DNA from: Vicugna vicugna
Taxonomy: Eukaryota
DNA: 64,000 bases
Assembly (NCBI GenBank): GCA_013265495.1
Contig: MU061230.1
Location: forward strand, 248,001 to 312,000
Direction of reading: 5' to 3'
The notes under the pieces are model-generated. The model did no database searches, was not told where the DNA came from, and worked only from the letters and a program-made list of their open reading frames with translations. This document shows, piece after piece, positions 22,045 to 34,473 of this stretch. Positions within the stretch are counted from its first letter, which is position 1. Each line of letters opens with the position of its first letter. A program made the position numbers and the translations under genes.

Positions 22045-23569
22045 CTAGGGTCACCTTTTTAAAAGGCAGATTTCTACAATGTAGTTCTTCCAGTTGACAA
22101 ATGAATGGCTTTTCTGTTCTTGAAGCACAGAGCCCAGCACAGTGCCTGGCAATTTATTGGTCCTCAGCAGACGCTTATTGAATAAATGAAAGAATTGAAA
22201 TGTCTGCCTTTGGTTACTGAGCTGCTCTTCAACAAGCATAGAAATGAAAAGATTTGAAGGATTTCAGCATCCCCTTGAGCATAATGATTGGCTGCCTCGG
22301 ATTCTTCATCTTGCCCCCTGTTTGTGAACCATGTTGGCAAACAAAGCACAGACTAAGATTACTGTCCTCACTGAAGTTAACGTTCAAATCTGGGTGATGG
22401 GAACTTCATATGGTTAAATGGCGGTTGACATTCATGTTTCTTTAGTTGTATTTCTATTACACATCTCTTTACACGTTTTAAAACATTCATTTGCTATTAT
22501 ACATCTATCTGATTATAGAACGTGGGCCTGCAAAAAAACAAGCAGCTTTCAGTGTGGGATCTGCCAACCCACTCTGAGAACGTGTGCATCTGCCTAAAGC
22601 AGTTGCTTGCTCCGTCCCCTCCCGGGAGCCTTCTCGAGTCAGAGCCCAGGAACAATGCAGTCTTCAGTGTTTGCTGAAGATAGATCAAGGCCAAGGAATT
22701 CAGTTTATAGTGTATAATGTATGAGACTCCAGGGAAATAGGAGTACAGCTGTCCCGAAAGAAGAAAATATTATGTACTTTGAAATAGTTCTGATATGTTG
22801 AATTTATTTTTATTTTGTTTTTCATCGGCTTCTTTTTAAAGCCAAATTATTCAAATCATGAGTCCATATTGAATACATGTGTGATTTAAAGAATATTTCC
22901 TGAAGGAAAGCTCTATCAACAATAGGGATTTTCAGTTATCATTTTCATGTCAAGTTCAACACAGTAAACAAATTCTATTGAAGTGAAGATGCACAGAGAA
23001 TTTTCCTCCTACAGATAAATTCCTTTAGGACAGCCCAGCGGGGTGTTAGCTCTTAACTCCCTCTCCAGGAGTAAGTGTTCTGTGAGATACGGCAGCCCCC
23101 AGCTGAGCCCCAGCAGACAGTGGGGGCCCCTTATGAGTCTAAGCCCGCAGATATGCAACTTGACCCCAAGGGCGGAGTACCCCTATAGGACGTCATTATG
23201 CTTCTAATTAAATCAAATTAATTGACTCGATTTTACAGTTTAAACTTTTCATTTATGCTAGTCAATCAAAGAATCCCTTGTGAAACACTAATTTTAGGGC
23301 TTCCTTACCTCTTGCTTGAGTTGTCATTGTGTCCTAACCGGTGTATCTGCCTCTGTTCTCAGGGCACTCGAATACCAATTAGAACCTATGACAGATAAAA
23401 TACAGAATGCCTTGTTAAATGTGAATTCTAGATAAATAAAAGAGATTTTTAATATCAATTCGTCCCAAAACATTTAGTATATTTTGCCCCTACATATTAC
23501 GTGAGATGACTATAACATATGATGGAATGACTTATGAAATCTTTAAAAAATTCTTTCCATCTGTCAGTG

Positions 23570-24140
23570 CTGACCACTTCCAGATCTCAGCTTCCAACCT
23601 CATCATGTGCTCTAAACTGAGTATCTCCATTATGATCACTCACAGGTAACATGTTGAAATCTAAACTCATTATCTTCCCCATCCATGTTGTCAGTTTCAA
23701 TGATGTTGCCAACATCCATCCAATTCCTGAACTGCCCTGGACCATTCCCTGCACTACAGGCACACTGGCCTCCTGGTTATTCCTCCATGTTGATCAGATT
23801 CCCTCCTGCCTCAGGCCCTTTGCACCTGCTATTTCTCCCACCTCCAGTATTTACAAGGAACTGTTATTTCTACCAGTTTTCTCTAATGACACCTCATCAG
23901 TGAAGCCTTCTCTGGTCACCTTATTTAGAATTGCATCCCCTACTCTGGTAGTCCCTGTTTTCCTCTCGGCTTTATGTTAATTTATTTTGTTTATTATCTC
24001 TCTCTCTCCACTAGGAGGTAAGCTTTTTGATAATGGGGATTTTTTTTTTTTTCACTGCTAAATCCCAGTACCTGCAATAGTGCTTAGTTTGTAATAGGTG
24101 CTCAGTTAGTTTATTTGTTGAGTAAATGAATGAGTCAATA
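23570..24140 (+). mobile_element. L2a 3' fragment
   Basis: cctcaggccctttgcacctgct...taggtgctcag...ttgttgagtaaatgaatgag. Confidence 0.7.
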
Positions 24141-24554
24141 GATACATCTCATATATCCACTTTCAAATCTCATTGTTTTCTTACAGGAGAAGATCCTGTT
24201 CTGTCCATCAGTGTACCCACTTTTATTGCCTAGCACATAATATAGATTCAAAAAATAACTTTTAAATTAAATGCATTTAAATTGGGAGTGGTAACAATGG
24301 AGAAGGAATAGTGTGTGTGGCTTTAAGCCTCCTTATGTTTGTATTCACCATGTTTGTAACTCTGACGTTACTACTCTGTACACAATCTTTAAAAGAGAAA
24401 AATAAATTGTTAGTGTATTTACTTGTTTACTTGGACAGGTGTCAGGCTTATACATGTAAAAACTGAAGGGACATATTATGTGGGAGCATTGGGGAGGAGT
24501 AGCGCTGTCCTGCACCGTCCCCGTTTTGCTGTGATTGTAATCACATGGAACGTA

Positions 24555-24860
24555 GGTCCACAGTTCCTTATATGAAAACCTTTAGGACCGACTGGGTTCA
24601 GGATTTAGTCTTTTCACCGCAGGCTTTATAAGGTAGAATGTTTTTGCTTATTCACTGCATACTCAGCAGACGCGGGCAGCGCCCCACAACCAAGCATATG
24701 GTTATAGGGCTTCTGCAGAGAGAACTACGAATAGTCACATTGGGTCGGAAACAGATAATGAACAGCCCAGAGCAATTCCATTCTGGTTTTTCCACAAAAA
24801 TGAGTTTGACGCCAAAAGCATGGAAAAACTTGGTTTTCGGAGCGTTTGAGTTGTTCTCCC
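24555..24860 (+). mobile_element. Tigger-family MITE (MER46C-like)
   Basis: ggtccacagttccttatatgaaaacc...gggcagcgccccac...aaatgagttt...ggttttcggagc. Confidence 0.55.
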
Positions 24861-25237
24861 GGCTTGGCAGTGTTATTGCTGCTTAGGGGTAATACTCATG
24901 GCTGCGTGACCCAGGGGCTGTTGGCTTCAGGAATGTTCCTGGCCCTGTTCTGAGTTCCAACTCCAGTGATCGAACAAATGATACACAATTCTGGTTGGAT
25001 GGCAATTCAGTGTCACCCAATAAAGTGATTGTTTAATTTTGAGTGATTTCATCTATAAATATGAATAATTCAAGCAAATGGATACGAGAAGGAAAATGTC
25101 CTATTCTATTCACTATCCCAGAACCAGGACGAAAAGAACGTGGTCACGTCATTAGTTGTGCAGAAATCAAGGCTTTTATTTGATTGCTTATAGTTTGAAA
25201 TCCTTAAGGCTGAGTTTTGCAAAGTTTCATGTTAGAA

Positions 25238-25320
25238 TCTATAGTAGGGGTCGGCAAACTTTTTCCATAAAGAGACTGATGGTAGATATTTCCGACTTTG
25301 CACATCACATATCTTCTCTG
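25238..25320 (+). mobile_element. MER58A fragment (hAT)
   Basis: taggggtcggcaaactttttccataaag...gatatttcc left end. Confidence 0.6.
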
Positions 25321-25854
25321 TATGTAAATGTGTTATTTTGAATACTCCCTCTGCCCCCTCCCCCCATTTTCTGCCCAGAGAAAACTGCCTGACCCTGAAA
25401 TTGTCAACATGTTAGTATAAAACCATCAAAGAAAAACCCTGTTGGCGTTTAGCATTTGGATTTAAAAAGTGTTTTGTAGGAGTTACCCTTGATCACAAAA
25501 CCACTCTTCTCACTCTGATGGATCATAACCAAATTACTTCTTGCTGGTGAGAAAACAGCTTTTCAATGAAAAGGCACTGCTCGGGGGAGGTTCACCTCCA
25601 GAAGGAGCTGCCCCGAGGAAGACCGCGCCGCCAGCCAGGGGCTGGGAGTCACAGCCTGCCTTGTGGGCTCTGTTGTCCTTCTCTAGGACACTGTTTAGGG
25701 ATCCCTTGTTGGATCCATAGCCTCTAACTAAACTAAATTCGAATTTTTCGGTTTCTTAAAGTTAACAGCCCGCCTAGGATACTTGTGTTAAGAAGTACTT
25801 TTAAAAATGTAAGATATTTCAGTTAAATAAATGAAATGTTATTTCAAGCGATAG

Positions 25855-26025
25855 CTAACATGGTATCATCCACTGCGTTAAGCACCTAACATCAGCTCTT
25901 CGGGGTAATCCTCACCCCAACCCTGTGAGGTAAGTATTATTAGGAAGTCAAGACTTTAGAGTAAATGACTTGTCCAAGGTCGCCCAGTTAGTGTCAGAGC
26001 TGAGCTTCCAACCCAGGTCTTGCCG
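25855..26025 (-). mobile_element. MIR SINE
   Basis: aatcctcaccccaaccctgtgaggtaag...aaatgacttgtccaaggtcgcccag...ccaacccaggtc. Confidence 0.65.
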
Positions 26026-26069
26026 GGTCAATTTTTATACTCTTGAGTGTTATAAAACATGGCCTCATA

Positions 26070-26135
26070 AATATAATTTTTATATATATAAAATATATAT
26101 AATATATGTAAATATATAAAAATATATAATATGTA
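26070..26135. repeat. AT-rich low-complexity tract
   Basis: Imperfect (TA)n/(TAA) run. Confidence 0.8.
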
Positions 26136-27319
26136 ATTTTTTGCATGAGAAAGATAAAGGCTTATTGGTTATGCCTTGATGTTTTGTGCAGGTGATCTTA
26201 CCATGAGAAATATTTGAAAATTGCTTTTGCATGTAGTGCAATCAATGCCATTCTTTTTGTCTGAGGAATGAAGGATGCCATGACCTTTCCCTCTTTTAGG
26301 AAGATTGTGTCTTTTCCTTTTAGCACAATCTTCTAGCAGGTTGTTGTTGATTTTTGTAAACTGTGGCTTAAAGAAACAATTAGCTTGAATTTTGTCACAA
26401 AGACGTTATTTCTAAGAGACAGTTAAAATCCTTCTGACACTTTTTCCATCCCAAGCCATTAAGACAATTTTAATAAGGTTTGAACCTTCCCTGAGATACA
26501 TGAAAAACAGAGAAGAAACAGAAAACAATTAAGTTGTTAATTTAGCACCTATGGTATGAGTAATAAATAGTCTTTTCTCCATTAACTCATGATTAAAGGC
26601 TTTACATTCCTTATTCCCTGGGTTTTCTGTAGAGAAGTAACATTAGTACTAATTATTTTAAGCTCACTGAAATCTTTAACCGTCTATGTTTTATCATTAG
26701 CACACGGGCTAGAGACTGTTCTTCTCATTCTATAACTGAAGACTGACTCGGCCTAGAATAGAAAAGCAATAAATGTTCCTTTGGAGACTCTCCTGAGAGA
26801 GGAGGTAAGAGGCTGCATCGTAAAGGTGATACGGGAACAAACACCCAGTTGGATAAAGTGATGAAAGAGAAGGAGCAACGGTGCTCCCTTTGCCTTTCGG
26901 GCCCAATACAGGGGACTCCAGGTATCAAAACCCACAGGAAATATTTTCTAGCCAAGTCTCCTTTCGCAGAGACAATAATTTTAAGTTCTGCTGCTAATTT
27001 CTATTTCTTGATTTATCGATTCTAGGCAGTATGTTCGGACTCATTACTGGAAAGGATGGGGTGAATTCTCATGGATCCTTCTGTCTAAGTCACTGTCTTT
27101 TGCCTCCTGATATTCGTTACCCCAGGCACTCTGTTCAGTTCCAGTGGTTGCCTTTAATGGTGAGACTACATAGCTGGCCTCTATTTTCTGACTGACTTTT
27201 AGATGTACCTAATGACTTTTCCTATAAAAGTTGAGGAGAGTAGCACAGGTATTCATTGTTCCACTTTTTTTCCTCCCAATTTTCCTTAGTTATGTTCTTG
27301 TTTTTACATTGCCATGGTT

Positions 27320-27820
27320 TCTAACATGCGTTCATTGTCTGCTAACATCTCTATCAGCTCTTGATGGCCTTCGGGATAAAGGCCAAATTCTCTAGTGAAT
27401 AAAATCCTCAACCATGGGGCCCCATCCTACCTCCTTGGACTAATCTACACGTCAGGAGGTCTCACCAGCCTTAGTGGATCATAGCTTTTTATCTCTCTGG
27501 GCCTCTGCACATTTTATTAACTCTAACTCTGAAACTCCAACTGTTTTTCATTCTGGCAAATTTCTACTCCTGCTTCAAGACTCAGCTCCCATGGACTCTT
27601 TCATAGAAGCTTTCCTGCCTCCCGTTGTCTGGTGTGGTCCATCCCATGGGTCCCTATGGCCCTCTTCCTACACCTCCATTACAACCGTTTTGTATTAAAC
27701 TACAATTTGGGGTTTATGCACCTGCTTCCTCTCCTTGAACATGAGAAATAGATGTGTACATTCCATTTCTGTGCCTCTAGCATCCAGGGTAGTTTCCTCA
27801 CACAAAATGAATGAATGAAT
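27320..27820 (+). mobile_element. L2 fragment
   Basis: ggataaaggccaaattc...catggggccccatcctacctcc...ends in aatgaatgaatgaatgg. Confidence 0.55.
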
Positions 27821-27901
27821 GGACGGCTGGGTGGAAAAGAAAAAGTTTTAACTAAAGTTTCGACCCCCAAACCAATACTTTTGGAATATTCTTTCTTTTC
27901 T

Positions 27902-28053
27902 TTTTTTTAATGGAAGTACAGTTACAATGTGTCAATTTCTGGTGTACAGCATAATATCCCAGTCTTGCATATATATATATATATATATGAAATGTATATA
28001 TACGTATATATATATATGTATTCATTTTCATTAAAGATGATTACAAGATATAT
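27902..28053 (-). mobile_element. Truncated L1 3' end with internal (TA)n
   Basis: aatggaagtacagttacaatgtgtcaatttctggtgtacagc...; TSD atattctttcttttct (27886-27901) / atactctttcttttct (28054-28069). Confidence 0.8.
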
Positions 28054-28804
28054 ATACTCTTTCTTTTCTAAACTGATTTTATTCAGCAGAGTTTTCAGTG
28101 GTCCTTTCCTGGTCTGATTTATAGTTTCCTTTACTTTGAATATCTTATCTACCTCCTTGTGATGGGAGTAATTGAAGGATAAAATAATTTCTGTCTGTAT
28201 TGCTGGTATATACTCATCTTTGCTACCCTGAGCTTAAAGGTGTGGAAGGAAAAGAGAAATAAATACCTGAAAATGTTTTTTTTTAAATCACTATATACCA
28301 TTTAAAAAATTTAAATGACAGAACAAATGAAGGGTAAAATTACTTTGAAAGACTATTTGTTATCAAGGACTCTGAAAATAATTTGTCTTTTATTCTTACT
28401 TTTGTGTGGTATACTAAGACAATTGAAAAAAACCACTAAATATACATTTGGGAAGAAAATCAATTCCCAGAAGTGATATTTATTTAAAACAATTCCTTAG
28501 AAGCTACTGTAACTGCATGACCTATTTTGAGTAAGTTCAGCCTGTGCCCACGGGTTCAGCTGAGTCAGCACAATTTCAGTTCTCTGTTGACTAAAACCAG
28601 CCCGCAGGTTGATCCTCATACACTTGTTAAATTTCTGTTATGCTCTTAACTCCTGCTGCTTTAAAACTAATTAAAGCCAGTGGTAAAATGCTGCCACTGA
28701 ATTGAGCAACCTGGTTTGATTATAGTTCTGTGTGTCCTGAAGCAGTATAATTTTTTTTAAAATTGAGCAATATATAAACATACACCAGTGAATGTACACT
28801 TATA

Positions 28805-29040
28805 AAAGGAAGACTAGGTGGTGAAGACCTGGAGCCTCACCTCCCCAGTTCAAATCCCAGCTCTCTGTTGCTCTCTATATGCATGTCATCTTGCATGTGA
28901 CTCTGAGCAAGTTATACAACTCCTTTGAGATTCTTTCCTTATCTGCCAAGTGGAGAATACTAATGTGACTTAATATATGTATGAGCTTAGAACGGTGCCG
29001 AGGGTTTCATAAATGCTCAGCAACTACTAGCAGTTTTTAC
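28805..29040 (+). mobile_element. MIR SINE
   Basis: cagttcaaatcccagctct...gtgactctgagcaagtta...ataaatgctcag. Confidence 0.6.
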
Positions 29041-29810
29041 TTTCATGGTAAAGAATACAGAGGAGAAAGCAAGTGGTCATTTCCCCATGGTGGTCACTAC
29101 TAACTGCTTGTGGCATGTCTTCCCAGGACGTTAAATGTGTAGTTTTAACCAAGACGGCACTATTGCAACAGGAACGTTAATGTCCTGTGTTCGCAATGAC
29201 TTGGTTCAGCAAAACCTAAGTGTACATGTCACCAATAATTTTTCTAAGGAAATTTGCTTCAAAAGCCTGGTTTCTATATTACTTGCTGGTTTTTCAGTAA
29301 TGAGGAAGATACTGGAAGAAAATACAAGGTGATACAGTTGCTGAAAAATTCATGGTTCAGGTGTATTTGGAATTCTCACACTGTCATTATGAATTCAGTA
29401 TTCATGACAAGCATTCTGGGCAAACAGCCAGACTACGGGCCTTGGTCTCTCCTTAACTTAATATATGTATATAATATTTTAAACATTGGCCTTCTATGTA
29501 TTCTACCTCTGGTTCTTGAGAGGAAAGCTGTTGCTTAGCAACCAGTCATTTCTGCTTGGCTGATGTGTAGAATGGAAAGTTGTGCAAATCAGAGGCAAAT
29601 AATTGTGTCCATTAGGAGTGACAAGTTACTGAATTTAACGACTAAGTTGGCTCCCAACTTAGTTTATGGTTCTTTGCATGGAAAAGATAAAATATGAGGC
29701 AGAAGCTGTATCATGGTGTTTACTAATTATCTTTAAAGAACAAGAATTAATTCACAAGATAAATTAGTATATAAAAATGAATAATTCAAGGGTGCTAAAA
29801 AATTACCTAG

Positions 29811-29953
29811 GAGGGGAGGGTCTAGCTCAAGTGGTAGAGTGCATGCTCAGTGTGCATGAGGTCCTGGGTTCAATCCCCAGCACCTCCCCCCAAAATAAAC
29901 AAACCTAACTACCTCCCTCACCCTCACCAAAATAAAATAAATGGTGCCATAAT
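29811..29953 (+). mobile_element. Camelid tRNA-derived SINE (Vic-1-like)
   Basis: ggggagggtctagctcaagtggtagagtgcatgc...ggttcaatcccc (A and B boxes), A-rich tail, TSD aaaaaattaccta / aaaaaagtaccta. Confidence 0.85.
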
Positions 29954-31269
29954 AAAAAAGTACCTAAGTTTTGAAGTGTATGTTTAAAATTTCAGATGGA
30001 AGGTATTTATATCTTAGAACATAAAGAGAAAAATAAAACCCATATACTGAATTCTTGAGTTGTAGCTGACAAAAAGCTGTGTATATAACTCTATAATACT
30101 TTTAAACATGATTTTATATGTATTTTCTGTTTTCATTTAAGTTTTAGACAAAGATATTCACTAGGAAAAGAGAGGTTAGGTCACATGATGGTAAGAGACT
30201 TTGTGGTGGTGAGAATCCCTTGATTGCTGCTAACAAAAGGTGATCCTGATTAAGTGAAGCTGAAGAATATTTATTGATGGTGTTGATGGTGTGCTCAGAA
30301 CTGGTAGAATATTGGAGAGCAAAGCTTAACCGGCTGGGCACTTCAAGAACTTCTTGTGGTCAGAGCCATTGCTGTTTCCTTGTGTCTCTCAAGTGTCAAG
30401 CTCAGGGAAGAGCGCCTGCCTGGCTGCTTCCTAACGTGCCTGCTCTTTGGCTGAGATTAGTGTGGGGCTGGGAAGAATCTGGTCTTCTCACCTTCCATGG
30501 AGTCATGCACCTGGATTTATAGGGTGGATCACTGCCCAGTGATCTTTTCCCCAAGAGGAAATCTGGGTGCTCTTGGGAAGAAAGAAATGGATGCATAAAT
30601 ACATACATAGTATGAGACTTACGGTAAGTCCCTAGGGTCTACAATCAACCCATCTGTGACCTAATTGCTTCTTTCTCCTCGTGTTCCTTTTCTCTAAAGT
30701 GGATGTAGAAATAACCAACTTCATATATTTATTAGATAGTGTAAAATTTATTTTTTAGTTGGTGGTATCTAGATCATTTTAGAGAAGAATGTAAGTACAG
30801 TTAGAATTTGTAAAACAGTGGTGTTGGCATATATTCATATGCAACTTACATTGAGTTAATTTTCATAATTTGAAGTTTTATTCATCTTCATAAAATCCCT
30901 GAATATTGAGGACACAGGGGGAAAAAATCTATATAATCAAAAAGATTAAATCAAAAATAAAATTAAACCGAAGTCACTGAATCTAACTTTTTATACTGTA
31001 GAAGCAAGCCAAAAAGGCAATAAGCCAAATCATTTCTTTTATGTAACTGGATTTTTGACTCAAAGGAAAAGCTCATTAGATGGGAAAAGGGTTTGTACAT
31101 ATTTCTCTGGTAACACATTTTGGCTTTGATTTATTTTGGCTATCAACATAGTCTTCGTTCTTTAACTTAAAAAAGTCTCTGTTACAATTTGAATCTGCTG
31201 CTTGGGCTATTTTGGTAGTGGCCAGTGAAAATAAATGGCTAAGAGCCCCAAATCTTCCCTCTGTGTTAA

Positions 31270-31675
31270 GATACCAGATGAGAGCCTGAAACAGAGATCA
31301 AAATAATAGTCTTAAACAAGATGGAAGTTTATTTCTTTCTCACAAAATAGCCAAGCTTAAGTAGACTAGGGCTGATCTGGCAGTTTGATGGGGATGGGCT
31401 TTTTCTGTCTAGTTGCTCTGCCATCCTCAACATGAAGTTTTCATCTTGTGGTCCAATATGGCTGTTCCTGCAACTACCGCCATGTCCACATTCCAACTGG
31501 TGGGAAGTGGACATGGGTAGAGGAGTGGGCATATATCTTTTCAGCTCACTTGTCATTGGCCAGAATCTAGTCACATGGCCACACTTAGCTTCAAGAAAAG
31601 TGGGAAACAGAGCTCTTAGTTGAGTGGCTAAGTTCTATTGTTATAGACAGGTAGAGTGGACGTTCTCTGCCATAC
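31270..31675 (-). mobile_element. Old MaLR LTR (MLT1I/J-like)
   Basis: aaacaagatggaagtttatttctttctcac...cattggccagaatctagtcacatggccacac. Confidence 0.65.
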
Positions 31676-32059
31676 CATCTCATAACAAACTTATTACTGT
31701 CTTATTGTGCTAAAACAGAAAATGTCTATTTAGTAAAAAATAACAATAGGAACCCAAATGGTTAGCCAAAGAAGCAAGCCCTGGAACAAATTAAATAAAA
31801 TTATAAAATAATGAGTAAAATTCTTACAGTGTGCATTCTCTACATATAAATTAAACTGTTGTCTTTCAAACTATTAGGGTAATATATCTTGTAATAAGAA
31901 ATAATTAACCTATTGGCGCCCCAGAGTTCTAATATTCTCAGAAAGTGGGTGATGAAGGCCGCCACGGGTGTAGTTCTGCCACTTCGACTTCTTATATCAC
32001 TGGCTTGTTGCTTAAATTCTATACAAGTGTTTAAAATGATCCTCAGAAAAAGACATGGT

Positions 32060-32460
32060 CTTGTATCAAGACCCTTAAAAATATACATTCCTTTTGACCC
32101 AACAATTTTACTTTTGGAAGTTTATCTTAACAAGAATATTGAAGATGCAGAAAAAGATTCATCTATAAGGATATTTATTTCAAAAAAAATTTTTTTGTAG
32201 AGAAAGATTAGAAATTACTTAAATGTCCCCAAAAAGGAAAACATGAACATAAATTGTTACATCCATACACTAGAATAACATGCTGCCTTTAAAAATAATA
32301 GGTGCAGAAATTTATCTACTGACATGGACTGTTGCTCACGACATATTGTTAAATGAAATACACAGATTAAGAAACAGTATTACAGTGTTATCCAAAGTTT
32401 ATAAATTAAAGCTATCAATACTCTTTAAGCAGGCACAGCAAAATATGAAAAGTAGTCCTG
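32060..32460 (+). mobile_element. Ancient L1 (L1ME-like) 3' fragment
   Basis: atacattccttttgacccaacaattttacttttggaagtttatc...catccatacactagaata. Confidence 0.65.
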
Positions 32461-32608
32461 TGTTTCTGGGTCATCGTTTTCTTTTTGCTGTTGGTGGTTT
32501 TGAAATTACAAGAGGAAAAGAACACATACCATTTGTCAAATCATAGGTTTTTGTTTATGTGTTTTGTTTTGTTTTAACATAGAAATAAATTAAAAGCCGT
32601 GCTCTCTT

Positions 32609-32672
32609 TTTCGCTGTTGTTGTTCATATTTTATTTTATTTTTTATTTTTTAATTGAAGTACAGTCAGCTAG
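32609..32672 (-). mobile_element. Ultra-short L1 insertion (3' tip plus tail)
   Basis: T-rich tract plus taattgaagtacagtcag; 16-bp TSD aaagccgtgctctctt (32593-32608) / aaagctgtgttctctt (32673-32688). Confidence 0.7.
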
Positions 32673-32854
32673 AAAGCTGTGTTCTCTTAACTCTCAGCCA
32701 GACTCAGAATGGGAAGACGGACAGTCTCCCAGCCTGACCTCCCGGGAGGGTCTTGCTCTGGAAACCGTCCTTCCCCTAAGCCTGTTTGGCCATTTGGTCA
32801 CCCCAAGAGCAGTCACATCTTCCCTCCCAGACAGGCCCAGATTATAGATGACCT

Positions 32855-33025
32855 TAAAGGCCAAGAATGGATTCTCCCTCAGAGCCTGTGTAAGGGGAGC
32901 AGTGGGGCCTGGCTGACACCTCGATTTCAGCCCCATGAAACCGATTGCAAACTTCTGGTCTCTAGAACTGTTTATGCCACCAAGTTTGTAGCAATTCATT
33001 ATAGCAACCACAGGAAACTAACACA
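32855..33025 (+). mobile_element. MLT1D-like LTR, 3' half
   Basis: aaggccaagaatggattctccctcagagcc...caccaagtttgtagcaattcattatagcaaccacaggaaactaacaca. Confidence 0.75.
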
Positions 33026-33529
33026 CACTGAAATGAAGAATTATAGGCTAACATACTTAAAAATTCATTAGGTTCTTACAATAAGAAAATATACTTGCTA
33101 TGAATTAAAACCTCTAAAAACAGTCTTTTGTGTTAAGTAAAATTTGCCACATCTGAAACATTTTCCTGCCATAGTTTACTATTTGAGTTTTAAAGCACAG
33201 TAATTTTCATAATGTTAGCTTTAAGATGGCTTTTGTATACCTTGATTTCCCTATGATAGCTATTCCTGTGGGCAATGAAACAGGTCCTTTTGGGTAGAAG
33301 GGAAAAAACAAGAGACATTTTGCTTATAGGTAAGATTTTGCACAAGTTAGAGAGCTGTAATACATCTTCCTTTATGGATAAGAAAATGTTCTTGGAAAAT
33401 AATAATGGCATTTATTTATGGGAAAATGCTTCATAATAAATATGAGAAGACTATGTGCTACTTGACAAAATATTCAAGCTCTTTTTAAGATATCTGGAAC
33501 ATCTTAATACTTGTAATAATTTGTCTTGT

Positions 33530-33690
33530 GCACAATGCTTCTCAGATCACTTTCATATATATATGTATGTCTTTCCATTTAATCCTTGCAACTACTCTGT
33601 GAGCTGAGCAGGGCAGGTTTTTTAATTTTTCTTATTTTACAGATTTAAAAAAATGATGCTCAGAAGAGTTAAATGGCCTAAGGTCCCAAA
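33530..33690 (-). mobile_element. MIR SINE
   Basis: catttaatccttgcaactactctgtgag...ttttacagat...gctcagaagagttaaatggcctaaggtc. Confidence 0.6.
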
Positions 33691-34450
33691 AAAGGTAGAT
33701 ACTGGATGTGAGATTAGCGATTACCCAACTCTGCTGTGTGATGCTGTTTCCAGGGATCCAGCTTCCCTTAGCTGCCCTCAGGAAGGTGTATTAATGTTTG
33801 TGGTTGATTAAGCTACAGTTTATTTACATGCTGAGCATCTACTGCAAGTCTAGGAGTGATCTAGTTAATGTGGGGAACACAAAGAAAGGGCCGGACACAG
33901 GCCTTGCACTCAGGAGAATGTCTGTCACTATTAGGGAGGAAATGCCTACGTAAGTGAAATGAACGAGTAGAAGAAAGAATAAAACCAAACGCCACAATCT
34001 GGGAGGCTTCACACAAAAAAAACTTGGAAGAATGGATCTGACTCTGAGCATCAAGGTAGCAAAAGGGTGAGTGTCTGGCAGGAGGGGGAGAGAATAAACA
34101 AAAGTGTAGAGGCTGAAGTAGCCTGTGAAACTGACCGGGAAAGAGTGACCATCAAGCTGCCAGAAGCACCGTGTATGTTCTGAGGAATAGGAGCCAGGCC
34201 TCCAGGCCTCAGACAGTCACCCAGCAGAGAATCTTTGATATTTCCAGTGAACACTGTACCCTAGAAAAGTAAGGAAGCAGCAGTCCTCATGTCTAAAAAG
34301 AAAAACACAATTTTACTGTAAGCTACTGAAAAAAAAAAACTATTTGAAAAACCTTCCATTCTGTTCAATTTTTCTATTCTAGTCCTGTGGACACAGCTCC
34401 TGGGAACTGACAGCTCTGCTCCTGTGTTTTTTGAGGGTCATCAGACATCT

Positions 34451-34473
34451 GTGTGTGTGTGTATGTGTGTGTG
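34451..34473. repeat. Interrupted (TG)n microsatellite
   Basis: gtgtgtgtgtgtatgtgtgtgtg. Confidence 0.85.

Noticed and set aside
17824-26810. Isolated strong splice sites on + (acceptor ccttttccctccag at 17823; donor GAG|gtaaga at 26804) as divergent lncRNA exons
   Set aside because: Unpaired single sites are abundant in intergenic DNA; no exon could be supported from sequence alone.
29811-29900. tRNA-like sequences here and at 46895-47298 and 51464-51550
   Set aside because: They have A/B boxes but continue into SINE bodies, A-rich tails and TSDs; these are tRNA-derived SINEs, not tRNA genes.
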